From Myxococcota bacterium (GTDB lineage: Bacteria; Myxococcota_A; UBA9160; UBA6930), in the NCBI GenBank assembly GCA_965223415.1, contig OZ245002.1, positions 3,200,001 to 3,264,000 of the forward strand: a stretch of DNA of 64,000 nucleotides. Direction: 5' to 3'. How positions within the stretch are numbered: position 1 is the first letter of the stretch; each line of letters opens with the position of its first letter. Below, one piece after another: positions 46,824 through 55,507 of the stretch. The position numbers and the translations under genes were made by a program. The notes beneath the pieces are model-generated. The model was not told where the DNA came from. It made no database searches and saw nothing but the letters and a program-made list of their open reading frames with translations.

Positions 46824-47438
46824 CTAGGGCGCTCCGCCGCACCGTAAACGCAGTGCCGCCCACAGCGCGCCCACCGAGAGCCACGAGCCCAGCAGGGCCA
46901 GGGCCGTGTCCTTCTGGGCGTCCCAGATGTCACCCTGGGCGCCGACGAATGCGATGCCGAGCTCCGGGTCGACGACGCTGGCGGCGCCCCACTCGAGGAG
47001 CTCGTAGAAGGTCGAGCACGAGACCACGATCGAGACGGCCAGGGAAGCCCGGAGCCAGGTCCGTCCCCGGAGCACCCTGCCGAGGAGCTGCCAGGCGGCG
47101 GGCGCCACGAGGAGCCCGAAGGCGAAGTGCACGAGGCGGTCGTAGTGGTTGCGATCGCCTTCGAGCCAGGGAACCCACGACGCGTAGGGCACGTGGGAGT
47201 AGGTGAAGTGGCTGCCGACCTCGTGCAGAGCGAGGAACAGCAGGAGCGCGAGTACGACGCCGTAGGAGAGCCGGTGCCGCTCGCGGCCGAGCACCAGGAA
47301 CAACGCGGCCGGAGCCGAGATCAGGTTCTCGAGCAGCCAGTCGCCCCGGTCGTGCGGCGCCCACGCCAGGAACACGAACTCGCCGGCGAAGAGCGCCGCC
47401 GCCCACCACGGAAACCGCGTCGCCCTGCTCCCAGCCAT
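46824..47438 (-). CDS. DUF2238 (YjdF-like) membrane protein
   Basis: DWLLEN, HFTYSHVP, RNHYDRLVHF, YELLEW and QGDIWDAQKD motifs. Confidence 0.88.
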   Translation of the reverse strand: MAGSRATRFPWWAAALFAGEFVFLAWAPHDRGDWLLENLISAPAALFLVLGRERHRLSYGVVLALLLFLALHEVGSHFTYSHVPYASWVPWLEGDRNHYDRLVHFAFGLLVAPAAWQLLGRVLRGRTWLRASLAVSIVVSCSTFYELLEWGAASVVDPELGIAFVGAQGDIWDAQKDTALALLGSWLSVGALWAALRLRCGGAP

Positions 47439-47467
47439 CCGCCGAGAGTGCCCCCGCCCCCCGAGAA

Positions 47468-47542
47468 CGCAAGAGTGGGGACGTTCCTTGCATCTTGCGC
47501 TCTCGAAGAGCGCAAGATGCAAGGAACGTCCCCACTCTTGCG
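47468..47542. repeat. 75-bp perfect inverted repeat (REP doublet/REPIN-like)
   Basis: 35-bp arms with TCGAA centre; each arm holds CGCAAGA-GTGGGGACGTTCCTTGCA-TCTTGCG, sharing GGGGACGTTCCTT with the RAYT-flanking elements. Confidence 0.88.
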
Positions 47543-47546
47543 GGGC

Positions 47547-48662
47547 TCAGTGGGTGCGGCGGAGGGCGGGGACGAGGAGGGGGAGGGCGAGGAGGCCGGC
47601 GGCGGCGATGGCGGTGGCGAGGGCGCCCGGGTTCGCGGCGAGGAGGCCCGCGGCGGCGGGGCCCAGGGCCGAGCCGGCGGCGCTCATCCCCGAGGCGGCG
47701 GAGGTCCAACGGCCGGCCGGGTCGAGGGCGGCAGCGACACCGAGCAGGTAGGGCGTGGTGAAGAAGAAGGCGACGGCCCAAACGAGCTGGGTCAGGACGA
47801 ACAGGGACACGGTGGTGGCGAGGGCCAGGCCGGTCATGCTCGCGGTGGAGACCACCACGCCGAGGAGGAGCGGCCCGGCGCGTCCGCGGCGCGTGCCGAG
47901 CCAGGCCGCCGCCGCGGCGCCGCCCAGGCCGAGCACGGTCGCCGCGCCGAGCACGCTGCCCACGCCGGAGGGGCCGAGGCCCGCCGCCGTGCCGATCCGT
48001 TCGCTGAGCGTCCAGATGCCCATGCCCGCGACCGACATGGCGAGGATCGCCGCCAGGGCGGCGAAGGCGGCAGCGCGATGGGGCGCGCGACCCCGCGGAC
48101 CCGCGGCGCTTCCGTCGGCAACCTCCGGCAGGTTCCCAACCAGGGGCGCGGCGCACACGCATAACGTCGCCAGGGCGAGGAATGCGCCTGCCGCGCCGAA
48201 GGGTACGGTCACGGACGGAAGCCCCACGAGCAGCAGGCCGATCGCGAGCCCCTCGAGCAGCGCGATGGTCGCGAACAGCCGATCCGGCTCGCGGCTTCCC
48301 GCCGCCGCCGCACTGGCCGAGGCGATCAGCCAGCCCGCGCCGAGCCCCGCGCCGGCCCGGGCGACCAGAAGCCACAGGCCGGGTCCGAGCCCGGCCGACG
48401 CGGCGTTGCCCGCCACCGCGGCGAGCAGGCCGATCCCTGCCCAGCGCCGCCGCGAGTCCCGGGCCATGCGCGGGGCCACCGCGACCGCACCGACGAAGGT
48501 CGCGCTGAGCTCCACGGTCAGCAGCAGGCCCGCCCCCACCTCCGTCAGCCCGAGATCCGAGATGAGCACGCCCATCAGGAGCGGCAGCACCCCGGCCCCG
48601 AGGTTGCCCGCCGTATGGACAGCGACCAGGGCCGCCACCTGACGGGGTGCCGACCGCTCCAC
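47547..48662 (-). CDS. MFS transporter
   Basis: About 12 hydrophobic segments; AALDPAGR loop motif. Confidence 0.82.
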   Translation of the reverse strand: MERSAPRQVAALVAVHTAGNLGAGVLPLLMGVLISDLGLTEVGAGLLLTVELSATFVGAVAVAPRMARDSRRRWAGIGLLAAVAGNAASAGLGPGLWLLVARAGAGLGAGWLIASASAAAAGSREPDRLFATIALLEGLAIGLLLVGLPSVTVPFGAAGAFLALATLCVCAAPLVGNLPEVADGSAAGPRGRAPHRAAAFAALAAILAMSVAGMGIWTLSERIGTAAGLGPSGVGSVLGAATVLGLGGAAAAAWLGTRRGRAGPLLLGVVVSTASMTGLALATTVSLFVLTQLVWAVAFFFTTPYLLGVAAALDPAGRWTSAASGMSAAGSALGPAAAGLLAANPGALATAIAAAGLLALPLLVPALRRTH

Positions 48663-48665
48663 CGC

Positions 48666-50834
48666 CTAACGCCGCAGATCGACGAAGATGGGGGAGGACC
48701 AGGCGCGCTCCTGGACGTCCGCCAGGCAGTCGTCGCCGGCCGCTTCCGCGGCGCCGACGAAGCACGGCTCCACGGCCACAGCCCGCCCGGCCGCGTCGAA
48801 GCGGGTGCGGAGGTTGGCGCCGTTCAAGGCCGGCGTGGGCTCCTGGAGCGCGCGCACGTAGTAGACGGCATCGCGCTCGAAGCCGGGATCCTCGAACCCG
48901 ACCCGACAACCCTCCGGATCCGGCGGACACGGGAAGCTCCGCCAGGGATCCTCGATGAGCGGGGTCACGTCCTCGTCTTCCGAACGCTGCGGGCGCACGC
49001 GCACCACCTCGATGCGGTCGATCCGATGGCGACGGTCGCCCGGGTGGTAGCATTCGCCGAGGCAGAGCCGCTCGACCCGCTCGGCGGAGAGCGCACCCAC
49101 CGCGTCCTCCGGGCAGCCCGGCTTCTGCACGAAGCTCCCGACGGCGCGCACGCGGAAGCGCGGCGTTTCGCTCACCTCCACCTCGCTGCCCATGGGCATC
49201 GCCGCGCCAGCCCGGTCCATGAAGTCGAACCACAGAAGGATGCGCGGGCCGCTGGTGCCGTAGGTCTCGCGCCGTTCGAGGGCGTCCCAGATCGCCTCCC
49301 GGCTCCGCCCGCGCGCGTGGACCGCCACCAGTCCTCCCGGATACAGGAAGCTCGCCGACCGCTCGATCGTGAGGGCGGAGGCGGCGCCGCCGGTGGACGG
49401 CACCGGCTGCTGCGGATCGTCCGGGTCGCCGCGACGATCCAGGAGCCGCGCGTAGATGGCGTCTCGCGCACCGACCATGTCGGTGCGGCCACGCTTGCGT
49501 CCGGTCTGCTTGAAGCCGTTTCCGGGCCGTGCCGAGTGGTTGTCGCTCGAGGCCACGAAGCCCAGACGGAAGCGGCGGGCCTCGTCGTGCAAGGCGCCTT
49601 CCCGCGAGAGGCTGAGGGCGTACTGCACGCTGCCGAGCGGCCGCAGCCCGTAGGCGGGCTTGAAGCCGTTTCTCGCCTGTCCGCAGTCGAGCCAGTCCTC
49701 GGCGCCGGTGCCCGGAAAGACCCCGCCCGGCGCGGTGCCCGCCTCCATCGCGAGCCGGCGCGCCCGCGCGACGCGCGCCTCGCACTCCGCCTCGGGCAGG
49801 TCCCCACAGCGCTCGCGCATGATCTCGCCGGCGCGCCAGCAGCAGGGCAGGTAGTCCGGTGTGGGCCCGGGACAGACCGGCTCACCATTCGCGTCGAAGT
49901 CGTACTCGCGCCAGCTCGCGTAGCGCTCCGAGTTGCCGTGGCCGGACATCACCTCCACGAGTCGCTGCCACTTCGGATCGTGCATGCCCGGCGCGAGCTG
50001 CTTGTCCCAGGACGTGATCGGCGGCGTGTAACTGCCCCAGGCGTTGCCGTGGGGGATCACGAGGGCAGGCAGCCCCCACTCGTCGAGCTTGCGGAAGAGC
50101 ACGTCCGGCGTCGGCGCCTCCTCGACGCAATCGGCGGGTAGCTCCCGGGTGTCCACGTCTCGCTCGCAGCGCGGCACCTCCGCGAGCCGATCGACCATCC
50201 ACGTGAAGTCGGCATAATCCCGCCAGTGGAACGGGTCGAGCAGCCCCATGATGCGCATGCCGCCGGCCAGCTCGTGCCACGGATTCACGTTCTCGGCGCC
50301 GAGGGAGGTGATCGGTCGCAGCGGCACCTCGTCCTCGGCCAGGCCCTTGAAGATGACGTTCTTGTGACCGTAGTGGGTCTCCGCCGTGCGGCCGATCTGG
50401 GTCCATTCGAAGCCGTGGAAGGCCACCAGATCCGGGTCCGTCGGGTCGCCGGCCACGGCGTTGCACTGGCGGACCGTCTCCTTCTCCGCGGCCCAGTGGG
50501 CGGGCGTCAGCTCCATCGCGTGGTCGGTGATCGAGAAGAAGTCGAGCGCGGCGCAGTGGCGGGCGAAGTCGCAAGCGTCGGCGGGAGGGTGGGCGCCTTC
50601 CCCGCCCAGGATCGGCATGGCGGTGAAGAAGGCGTCCATGGAGTAGGTGGTATGGACGTGGAGGTCGCCAAACAGCACGTGCTTGCCGCCCTCCATGGCC
50701 GCCGGGGCGCGGAGGATCGGAGAGCGGCGAGCCTTGGACAGCTCGCCCAGAGGCTGCTCGCCGCCGCCACAACCGAGCGCGAGCGGGAGGAGCCAGATCA
50801 CCCGCGCTGGGCGGGTCGGGGACGGGATCTGCAT
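48666..50834 (-). CDS. DUF3604 domain protein (PHP-like metallohydrolase, probable lipoprotein)
   Basis: FGDLHVHTTYSMDA, LDFFSITDHA, GFEWT, IPHGN, SSDNH, ETYGTSGPRI and QERAWSSPI motifs; LALGC lipobox-like. Confidence 0.87.
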   Translation of the reverse strand: MQIPSPTRPARVIWLLPLALGCGGGEQPLGELSKARRSPILRAPAAMEGGKHVLFGDLHVHTTYSMDAFFTAMPILGGEGAHPPADACDFARHCAALDFFSITDHAMELTPAHWAAEKETVRQCNAVAGDPTDPDLVAFHGFEWTQIGRTAETHYGHKNVIFKGLAEDEVPLRPITSLGAENVNPWHELAGGMRIMGLLDPFHWRDYADFTWMVDRLAEVPRCERDVDTRELPADCVEEAPTPDVLFRKLDEWGLPALVIPHGNAWGSYTPPITSWDKQLAPGMHDPKWQRLVEVMSGHGNSERYASWREYDFDANGEPVCPGPTPDYLPCCWRAGEIMRERCGDLPEAECEARVARARRLAMEAGTAPGGVFPGTGAEDWLDCGQARNGFKPAYGLRPLGSVQYALSLSREGALHDEARRFRLGFVASSDNHSARPGNGFKQTGRKRGRTDMVGARDAIYARLLDRRGDPDDPQQPVPSTGGAASALTIERSASFLYPGGLVAVHARGRSREAIWDALERRETYGTSGPRILLWFDFMDRAGAAMPMGSEVEVSETPRFRVRAVGSFVQKPGCPEDAVGALSAERVERLCLGECYHPGDRRHRIDRIEVVRVRPQRSEDEDVTPLIEDPWRSFPCPPDPEGCRVGFEDPGFERDAVYYVRALQEPTPALNGANLRTRFDAAGRAVAVEPCFVGAAEAAGDDCLADVQERAWSSPIFVDLRR

Positions 50835-50865
50835 GGTCCCATGCGAGCGCTTGGCGACGGCCGTG

Positions 50866-51327
50866 TCAACCGGCCCCCTCGCTCCGCAGCGCGCGCTGCA
50901 CCTGCTCGTCCAGTGCCGATGCGAAGCGGGAGCGGTCGCGATCCGAGAGGGGAGGGGGGCCGCCGGTCGGAACGCCCCCCTCGCGCAGCCGGGCCTTCAG
51001 GTCGCGGGTGGCGAGGGCGCCCCCGATCGAATCCTCGGTGAAGGGGCGGCCCGTCGGGCCCAGCACCGACGCGCCCCGCTCGATGCAGCGCGCCGCGAGG
51101 GGGACGTCGGCGGTGACGACCACGTCCCCCACCTGGACGTTCTCCACGATCCAGTCGTCCGCCGCGTCCGGTCCTTCCTCGACGAGGATGAGCTGGGCGC
51201 CGAGGTCCTCGGGCACGAAGATCCGGGAGTTCGAGACCACGGCGACCGCCAGCCCGTAGCGGGTGGCGACGACGTAGGTCTCGTCCTTGACCGGACAGGC
51301 GTCGGCGTCGAGGAAGATCGCGATCAG
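50866..51327 (-). CDS. YaiI/YqxD family protein
   Basis: In-frame extension (L)IAIFLDADACPVK..., DAADDWI, VVTADVPLA and GGPPP; probable CTG start. Confidence 0.85.
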   Translation of the reverse strand: MIAIFLDADACPVKDETYVVATRYGLAVAVVSNSRIFVPEDLGAQLILVEEGPDAADDWIVENVQVGDVVVTADVPLAARCIERGASVLGPTGRPFTEDSIGGALATRDLKARLREGGVPTGGPPPLSDRDRSRFASALDEQVQRALRSEGAG

Positions 51328-51334
51328 GGTGGGA

Positions 51335-51736
51335 TCAGCGGCTCTGGAGCGCGTCGCGGATCTCGCGCAGCAGCTGCACGTCCTCGGCCGGCTCCGACGG
51401 CGCCCCTTCCTCTTCTTCCTCCTCGGCGCGCATGGCGTTCACGGCCTTGACCAGCATGAACACCGCGAAGGCGACGATCAGGAAGTCGATGGCGGTCTGG
51501 ACGAAGGCGCCCCACTGGAGCGTCACGGCTTCGGCCTCGGCGGTCTTGTCCTGCAGCGTGAGTGTGAGGTCGCTGAAGTCGACGCCGCCGAGCAGCAGGC
51601 CGATCGGCGGCATCAGCACGCCGTCGACGAAGGACGAGACGATTTTGCCGAAGGCGCCGCCGATGATGATGCCGACGGCCATGTCGACGACGTTGCCGCG
51701 GGCGGCGAAGTCCTTGAACTCCTGGACCATGCTCAT
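51335..51736 (-). CDS. mscL: Large-conductance mechanosensitive channel
   Basis: [30 protein letters not shown] and LLREIRDAL motifs. Confidence 0.97.
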   Translation of the reverse strand: MSMVQEFKDFAARGNVVDMAVGIIIGGAFGKIVSSFVDGVLMPPIGLLLGGVDFSDLTLTLQDKTAEAEAVTLQWGAFVQTAIDFLIVAFAVFMLVKAVNAMRAEEEEEEGAPSEPAEDVQLLREIRDALQSR

Positions 51737-51854
51737 CGGTCACCTCCTTGCCCGGCGGTCCGCCGCAGGGGCGTCATCATACGCAGCGCCGGCGCACCCG
51801 GTCCATTCGTAACGCGGGGCTTCGGCGCGTAGGGGATCGGCCCCGTCCGGGCCT

Positions 51855-52904
51855 CTACCCGCCCAGAGCGAAGTGCTCGGGGCGTTCCCGGACCAGCGCT
51901 TCGGCGATCAGCTCGCCGAGGGCCTGGTAGAGCTCCGGCGAGAAGTGGCACGCGAAGTGATGGTCGACGGCCTCCGGGGTCGGGGCGATCTCCCGGAAGC
52001 GCGGGACCGGGTTCACGCAGATCCCGCCCTCCCGCTCGACCTCGGCGCAGACCTTCTCCATGAAGGGCCAGCCATGGGGCCCCTCGCCATCGAGAGCCCG
52101 CGGGTGGGGAAGATGGGCCAGCGCGAAGAGCCCCCCCCGCTCCCGCGTCTCGGCGGCCATCTCGCGCACGATCGCGAGGCTGAGCGCGTTGGAGCGCCGG
52201 CGGACCTCCTTCTTGCCCTCCCGGGAAGCGCGGAAGATGCGCACGAAGTTCCAGGCTCGGGGCGGCCACCAGCGCAGGTAGGCCTCCGGCGGCGGCACCG
52301 GCACGTTCTCCACGGCGAGGCGACCCTCTTCGAGCCGCAGCCGGGGCTTCGCGTAGCCGCGGAAGGCCAGCAGATTTCGCCTCATGTCGGTGCCGTGGAA
52401 GCCGAAGACGACGGCGTCGGGCCGGTAGGGAAAGCCGTCCCGGCGCAGGCGAAGCAGGGCCTGGCCCTGGCCGTAGCCCATCACGCCCAGGTTCAGGACC
52501 TCGGCGTCGGCCAGGTGGCGCTCCATCGCGAACGGAAAGGTCTCGTCGTCATTCGCGCACTGACCGAAGGTGTAGGAATCGCCGACCGCCACGATCCGGG
52601 CGGCGGCACTCCGCTCGGCCGGGATCTCCCTTCGCCCGCGCATGTGGGCGCCGTTCGTGCTGATCCGTGCGCCCTGGTACTCGAAGGCGTCCAGGTGGGC
52701 GGCGGGCACATGGCCCAGGTCCGCGTCCAGCTCGACGAAGGCTCGGGGGTTCATTCCCTCCCGCTCCCGGTGCCAGCGCTCTTCCCACCAGGCATCGGTC
52801 GAGACGTGATCCGGCAGCGGGATCCACTCGAGGCGCGCCGCCACCTCCACCGCCCCGAGGCTGGCGAGGGTCGAGAGGAGAAGGGCGGCCAGATTGCGCA
52901 GCAT
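51855..52904 (-). CDS. SGNH/GDSL hydrolase family protein, membrane-anchored
   Basis: VGDSYTFG, VLNLGVMGYG and C-terminal His (CHFS) motifs. Confidence 0.82.
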   Translation of the reverse strand: MLRNLAALLLSTLASLGAVEVAARLEWIPLPDHVSTDAWWEERWHREREGMNPRAFVELDADLGHVPAAHLDAFEYQGARISTNGAHMRGRREIPAERSAAARIVAVGDSYTFGQCANDDETFPFAMERHLADAEVLNLGVMGYGQGQALLRLRRDGFPYRPDAVVFGFHGTDMRRNLLAFRGYAKPRLRLEEGRLAVENVPVPPPEAYLRWWPPRAWNFVRIFRASREGKKEVRRRSNALSLAIVREMAAETRERGGLFALAHLPHPRALDGEGPHGWPFMEKVCAEVEREGGICVNPVPRFREIAPTPEAVDHHFACHFSPELYQALGELIAEALVRERPEHFALGG

Positions 52905-52992
52905 GGCCGCGGGATCCTAGCGGCCTCGCCGCGGCCCACCGGGCCCTTCCCGCAGGCCCGCATCAGTGTGACAATGTCCCAGAGGAGACCCC

Positions 52993-54414
52993 ATGGCGCT
53001 CCATGACCGCCTGCTCCGTGAGGTGCGCAAGGCGCCTTCCGGCCCCAAGATCGGCGCCTTCTTCGACGTGGACCGGACCCTGGTGGCCGGATTCTCCGCG
53101 ACGGCCTTCTTCCGCGAGCGGCTGCTCTCCGGGCGCATGACGCCGAAGGAGCTGGTCGACACCCTGCGCGGGACCACCGGCTACGTGATGGGGCGCACCG
53201 GCTTCTCCGGCCTGGTGGGCGCCTCCACCGCCGCCTATCGCGGACTCTCCGAGAAGTCGATGCAGGAGATCGGCCAGGAGGTCTTCGACAAGCACCTGGC
53301 CACGTCGATCTATCCGGAATCCCGCGCCCTGGTGCGCGCCCACCAGGAGAAGGGGCACACCGTCGCGATCATCTCCTCGGCCACGCCCTACCAGGTGGAC
53401 CCGATCGCCCGGGAGCTCGGCGTCGAGCACGTGATGTGCACTCGGCTCGAGGTGGAGGACGGCGTCTTCACCGGTGAGGTGGTGCGGCCGCTCTGCTTCG
53501 GCGAGGGCAAGCGCGAGGCCGGCGAGATCCTGGCAGCCCGCCACGATCTCGACCTCGAAGAGAGCTTCTTCTACACCGACAGCAGCGACGACTTGCCTCT
53601 CCTCGAGGCCGTCGGCAAGCCGTGCCCCCTCAACCCGGACAGCCAGCTTGCCCAGATCGCCAAGGAGCGCGGCTGGCCGGTGCGTCGCTTCCGCAGCCGG
53701 GGGGCGCCGGGAGCGGAGGAGGTCGCGCGCACGGCCCTGGCCTACGGGAGCCTCGTTCCCTCGGTGGCGATCGGCGCCGCCGTCGGCTTCCTCAACCGCT
53801 CGCGGCGCGAGGCGCTGAACGTGGCCGGCTCCCTGTGGAGCGATCTCGCCATGTCGCTCTCCGGTGTCGACGTGCGGGTCGAGGGCGAGGAGCACCTGTG
53901 GTCCCATCGCCCGGCCGTCTTCATCTTCAATCACCAGAGTGCCCTCGACGCGGCGCTCATGGTCAAGCTCGTGCGGCGGGATCTCTCCGGCGTGGGCAAG
54001 AAGGAGCTGCAGAAGGACCCGGTCGTCGGCACGATCGGGCGCCTGGCGGGCACCGTGTTCGTCGACCGGGCGAACCGGGCCCAGGCCATCGAGGCGCTCA
54101 AGCCGGCGGTGGAGGCGTTGAAGGAGGGGCGCTCCATCATGATCGCACCCGAGGGCACCCGCTCGCCCACGCCACGGCTGGGGCGCTTCAAGAAGGGCGC
54201 CTTCCACATGGCCATGCAGGCCGGCGTCCCGATCGTGCCCGTCGTCTTCCGCAACGCCCTCGATGCCCTGCCCAAGGATGCGATGGTGATGCGGCCGGCG
54301 GTGGTCGAGGCGGTGGTCCTGCCGCCGGTCGACACCACGGCCTGGACCCGTGAGACCCTGGACGACGAGATCGAGGCGATCCGCAACGCCTACCTCGACG
54401 TGCTCGAGAGCTGA
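52993..54414 (+). CDS. HAD-IB phosphatase / lysophospholipid acyltransferase (PlsC) fusion
   Basis: FFDVDRTL, GEGK and YTDSSDD motifs, then NHQSALD, FVDR and PEGTRS. Confidence 0.92.
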   Translation: MALHDRLLREVRKAPSGPKIGAFFDVDRTLVAGFSATAFFRERLLSGRMTPKELVDTLRGTTGYVMGRTGFSGLVGASTAAYRGLSEKSMQEIGQEVFDKHLATSIYPESRALVRAHQEKGHTVAIISSATPYQVDPIARELGVEHVMCTRLEVEDGVFTGEVVRPLCFGEGKREAGEILAARHDLDLEESFFYTDSSDDLPLLEAVGKPCPLNPDSQLAQIAKERGWPVRRFRSRGAPGAEEVARTALAYGSLVPSVAIGAAVGFLNRSRREALNVAGSLWSDLAMSLSGVDVRVEGEEHLWSHRPAVFIFNHQSALDAALMVKLVRRDLSGVGKKELQKDPVVGTIGRLAGTVFVDRANRAQAIEALKPAVEALKEGRSIMIAPEGTRSPTPRLGRFKKGAFHMAMQAGVPIVPVVFRNALDALPKDAMVMRPAVVEAVVLPPVDTTAWTRETLDDEIEAIRNAYLDVLES

Positions 54415-54435
54415 AGAAAGGAAGGGAGGGGAGGC

Positions 54436-55440
54436 ATGCGGCTTCGCGTGGCCGTGCTCGGCTCGGGCTCCTTCGGGACGACGATCGCCCACCTGGTGGC
54501 CGGAAACGCGCCCGCAACCCTCTGGTGTCGCCGCGCCGAGACCGCGGACGAGGTGAACCAGGAGCATCGCAACGGGCGCTACCTCGCGGACTACGCCCTG
54601 CACCCGGACCTCCGCGCGACGGCCGATCTCGAGGAGGCGGTCCGGGAGGCGGACGTGGTGGTGATGGGCGTGCCCTCCCACGGCTTCCGCGAGGTGCTGA
54701 AGGAGGTCGGCAAGCACATCCGGCCCTGGGTGCCGGTGGTCAGCCTGGCGAAGGGCCTCGAACAGGATTCCCACCTCCGGATGACCGAGGTGATCCGCGA
54801 GCTCCTGCCGGAGCACCGTGCCGGCGTCCTTACCGGCCCCAACCTCGCCAAGGAGATCATGGCCGGCTTCGCCGCGGCCAGCGTGGTCGCCTTCGAGGAC
54901 GCCGACGTCGCGCGGCAGCTCCAGGACGTGTTCCACAGCGGCGGCTTCCGCGTCTACACGAACCACGACGTGGTGGGCTGCGAGCTCGGCGGCGCGCTCA
55001 AGAACGTGATCGCCATCGCGACGGGCATGGGCGATGGGCTCGGCGTCGGCGACAACACCCGCGCCGCGGTGCTCACCCGCGGCCTCGCCGAGCTGACCCG
55101 GCTCGGCGTCGCGATGGGCGGCGAGCACGCCACCTTCGCGGGGCTGGCGGGCATGGGCGATCTGATCGCCACCTGTGCCAGCCGCCAGAGCCGCAACCGT
55201 CACGTCGGCGAGGAGCTCGGCCGTGGCAAGACCATCGAGCAGGTGACCCGCGAGATGAACCAGGTGGCCGAGGGCGTGAAGACCAGCCGCGTGGTGATGG
55301 ACCTCGGCGAGAAGTACGGCGTGCTGCTGCCGATCTCGCGAGAGGTCTACGGCGTGGTCCACGAAGGCCGCACCGCCCAGGACGCCTACCGGGGCCTGAT
55401 GCGACGGCGTCCGCCGGGCGCCGAGGGGGATCCGGGGTAG
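54436..55440 (+). CDS. gpsA: NAD(P)H-dependent glycerol-3-phosphate dehydrogenase
   Basis: GSGSFGT, KGLE, GPNLAKE, GGALKNVIA, GDLIATC, SRN and AEGV motifs. Confidence 0.95.
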   Translation: MRLRVAVLGSGSFGTTIAHLVAGNAPATLWCRRAETADEVNQEHRNGRYLADYALHPDLRATADLEEAVREADVVVMGVPSHGFREVLKEVGKHIRPWVPVVSLAKGLEQDSHLRMTEVIRELLPEHRAGVLTGPNLAKEIMAGFAAASVVAFEDADVARQLQDVFHSGGFRVYTNHDVVGCELGGALKNVIAIATGMGDGLGVGDNTRAAVLTRGLAELTRLGVAMGGEHATFAGLAGMGDLIATCASRQSRNRHVGEELGRGKTIEQVTREMNQVAEGVKTSRVVMDLGEKYGVLLPISREVYGVVHEGRTAQDAYRGLMRRRPPGAEGDPG

Positions 55441-55507
55441 GCGGGGCGTTCCTCGTGTATGCTCGCCGGTCGCCTGGCACCTCCCTGCCGCCGAACGGAG
55501 CGCCCCC

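Noticed and set aside
55443..55453. GGGGCGTTCCT resembling the REP core
   Set aside because: One base is missing and there is no flanking outer stem.
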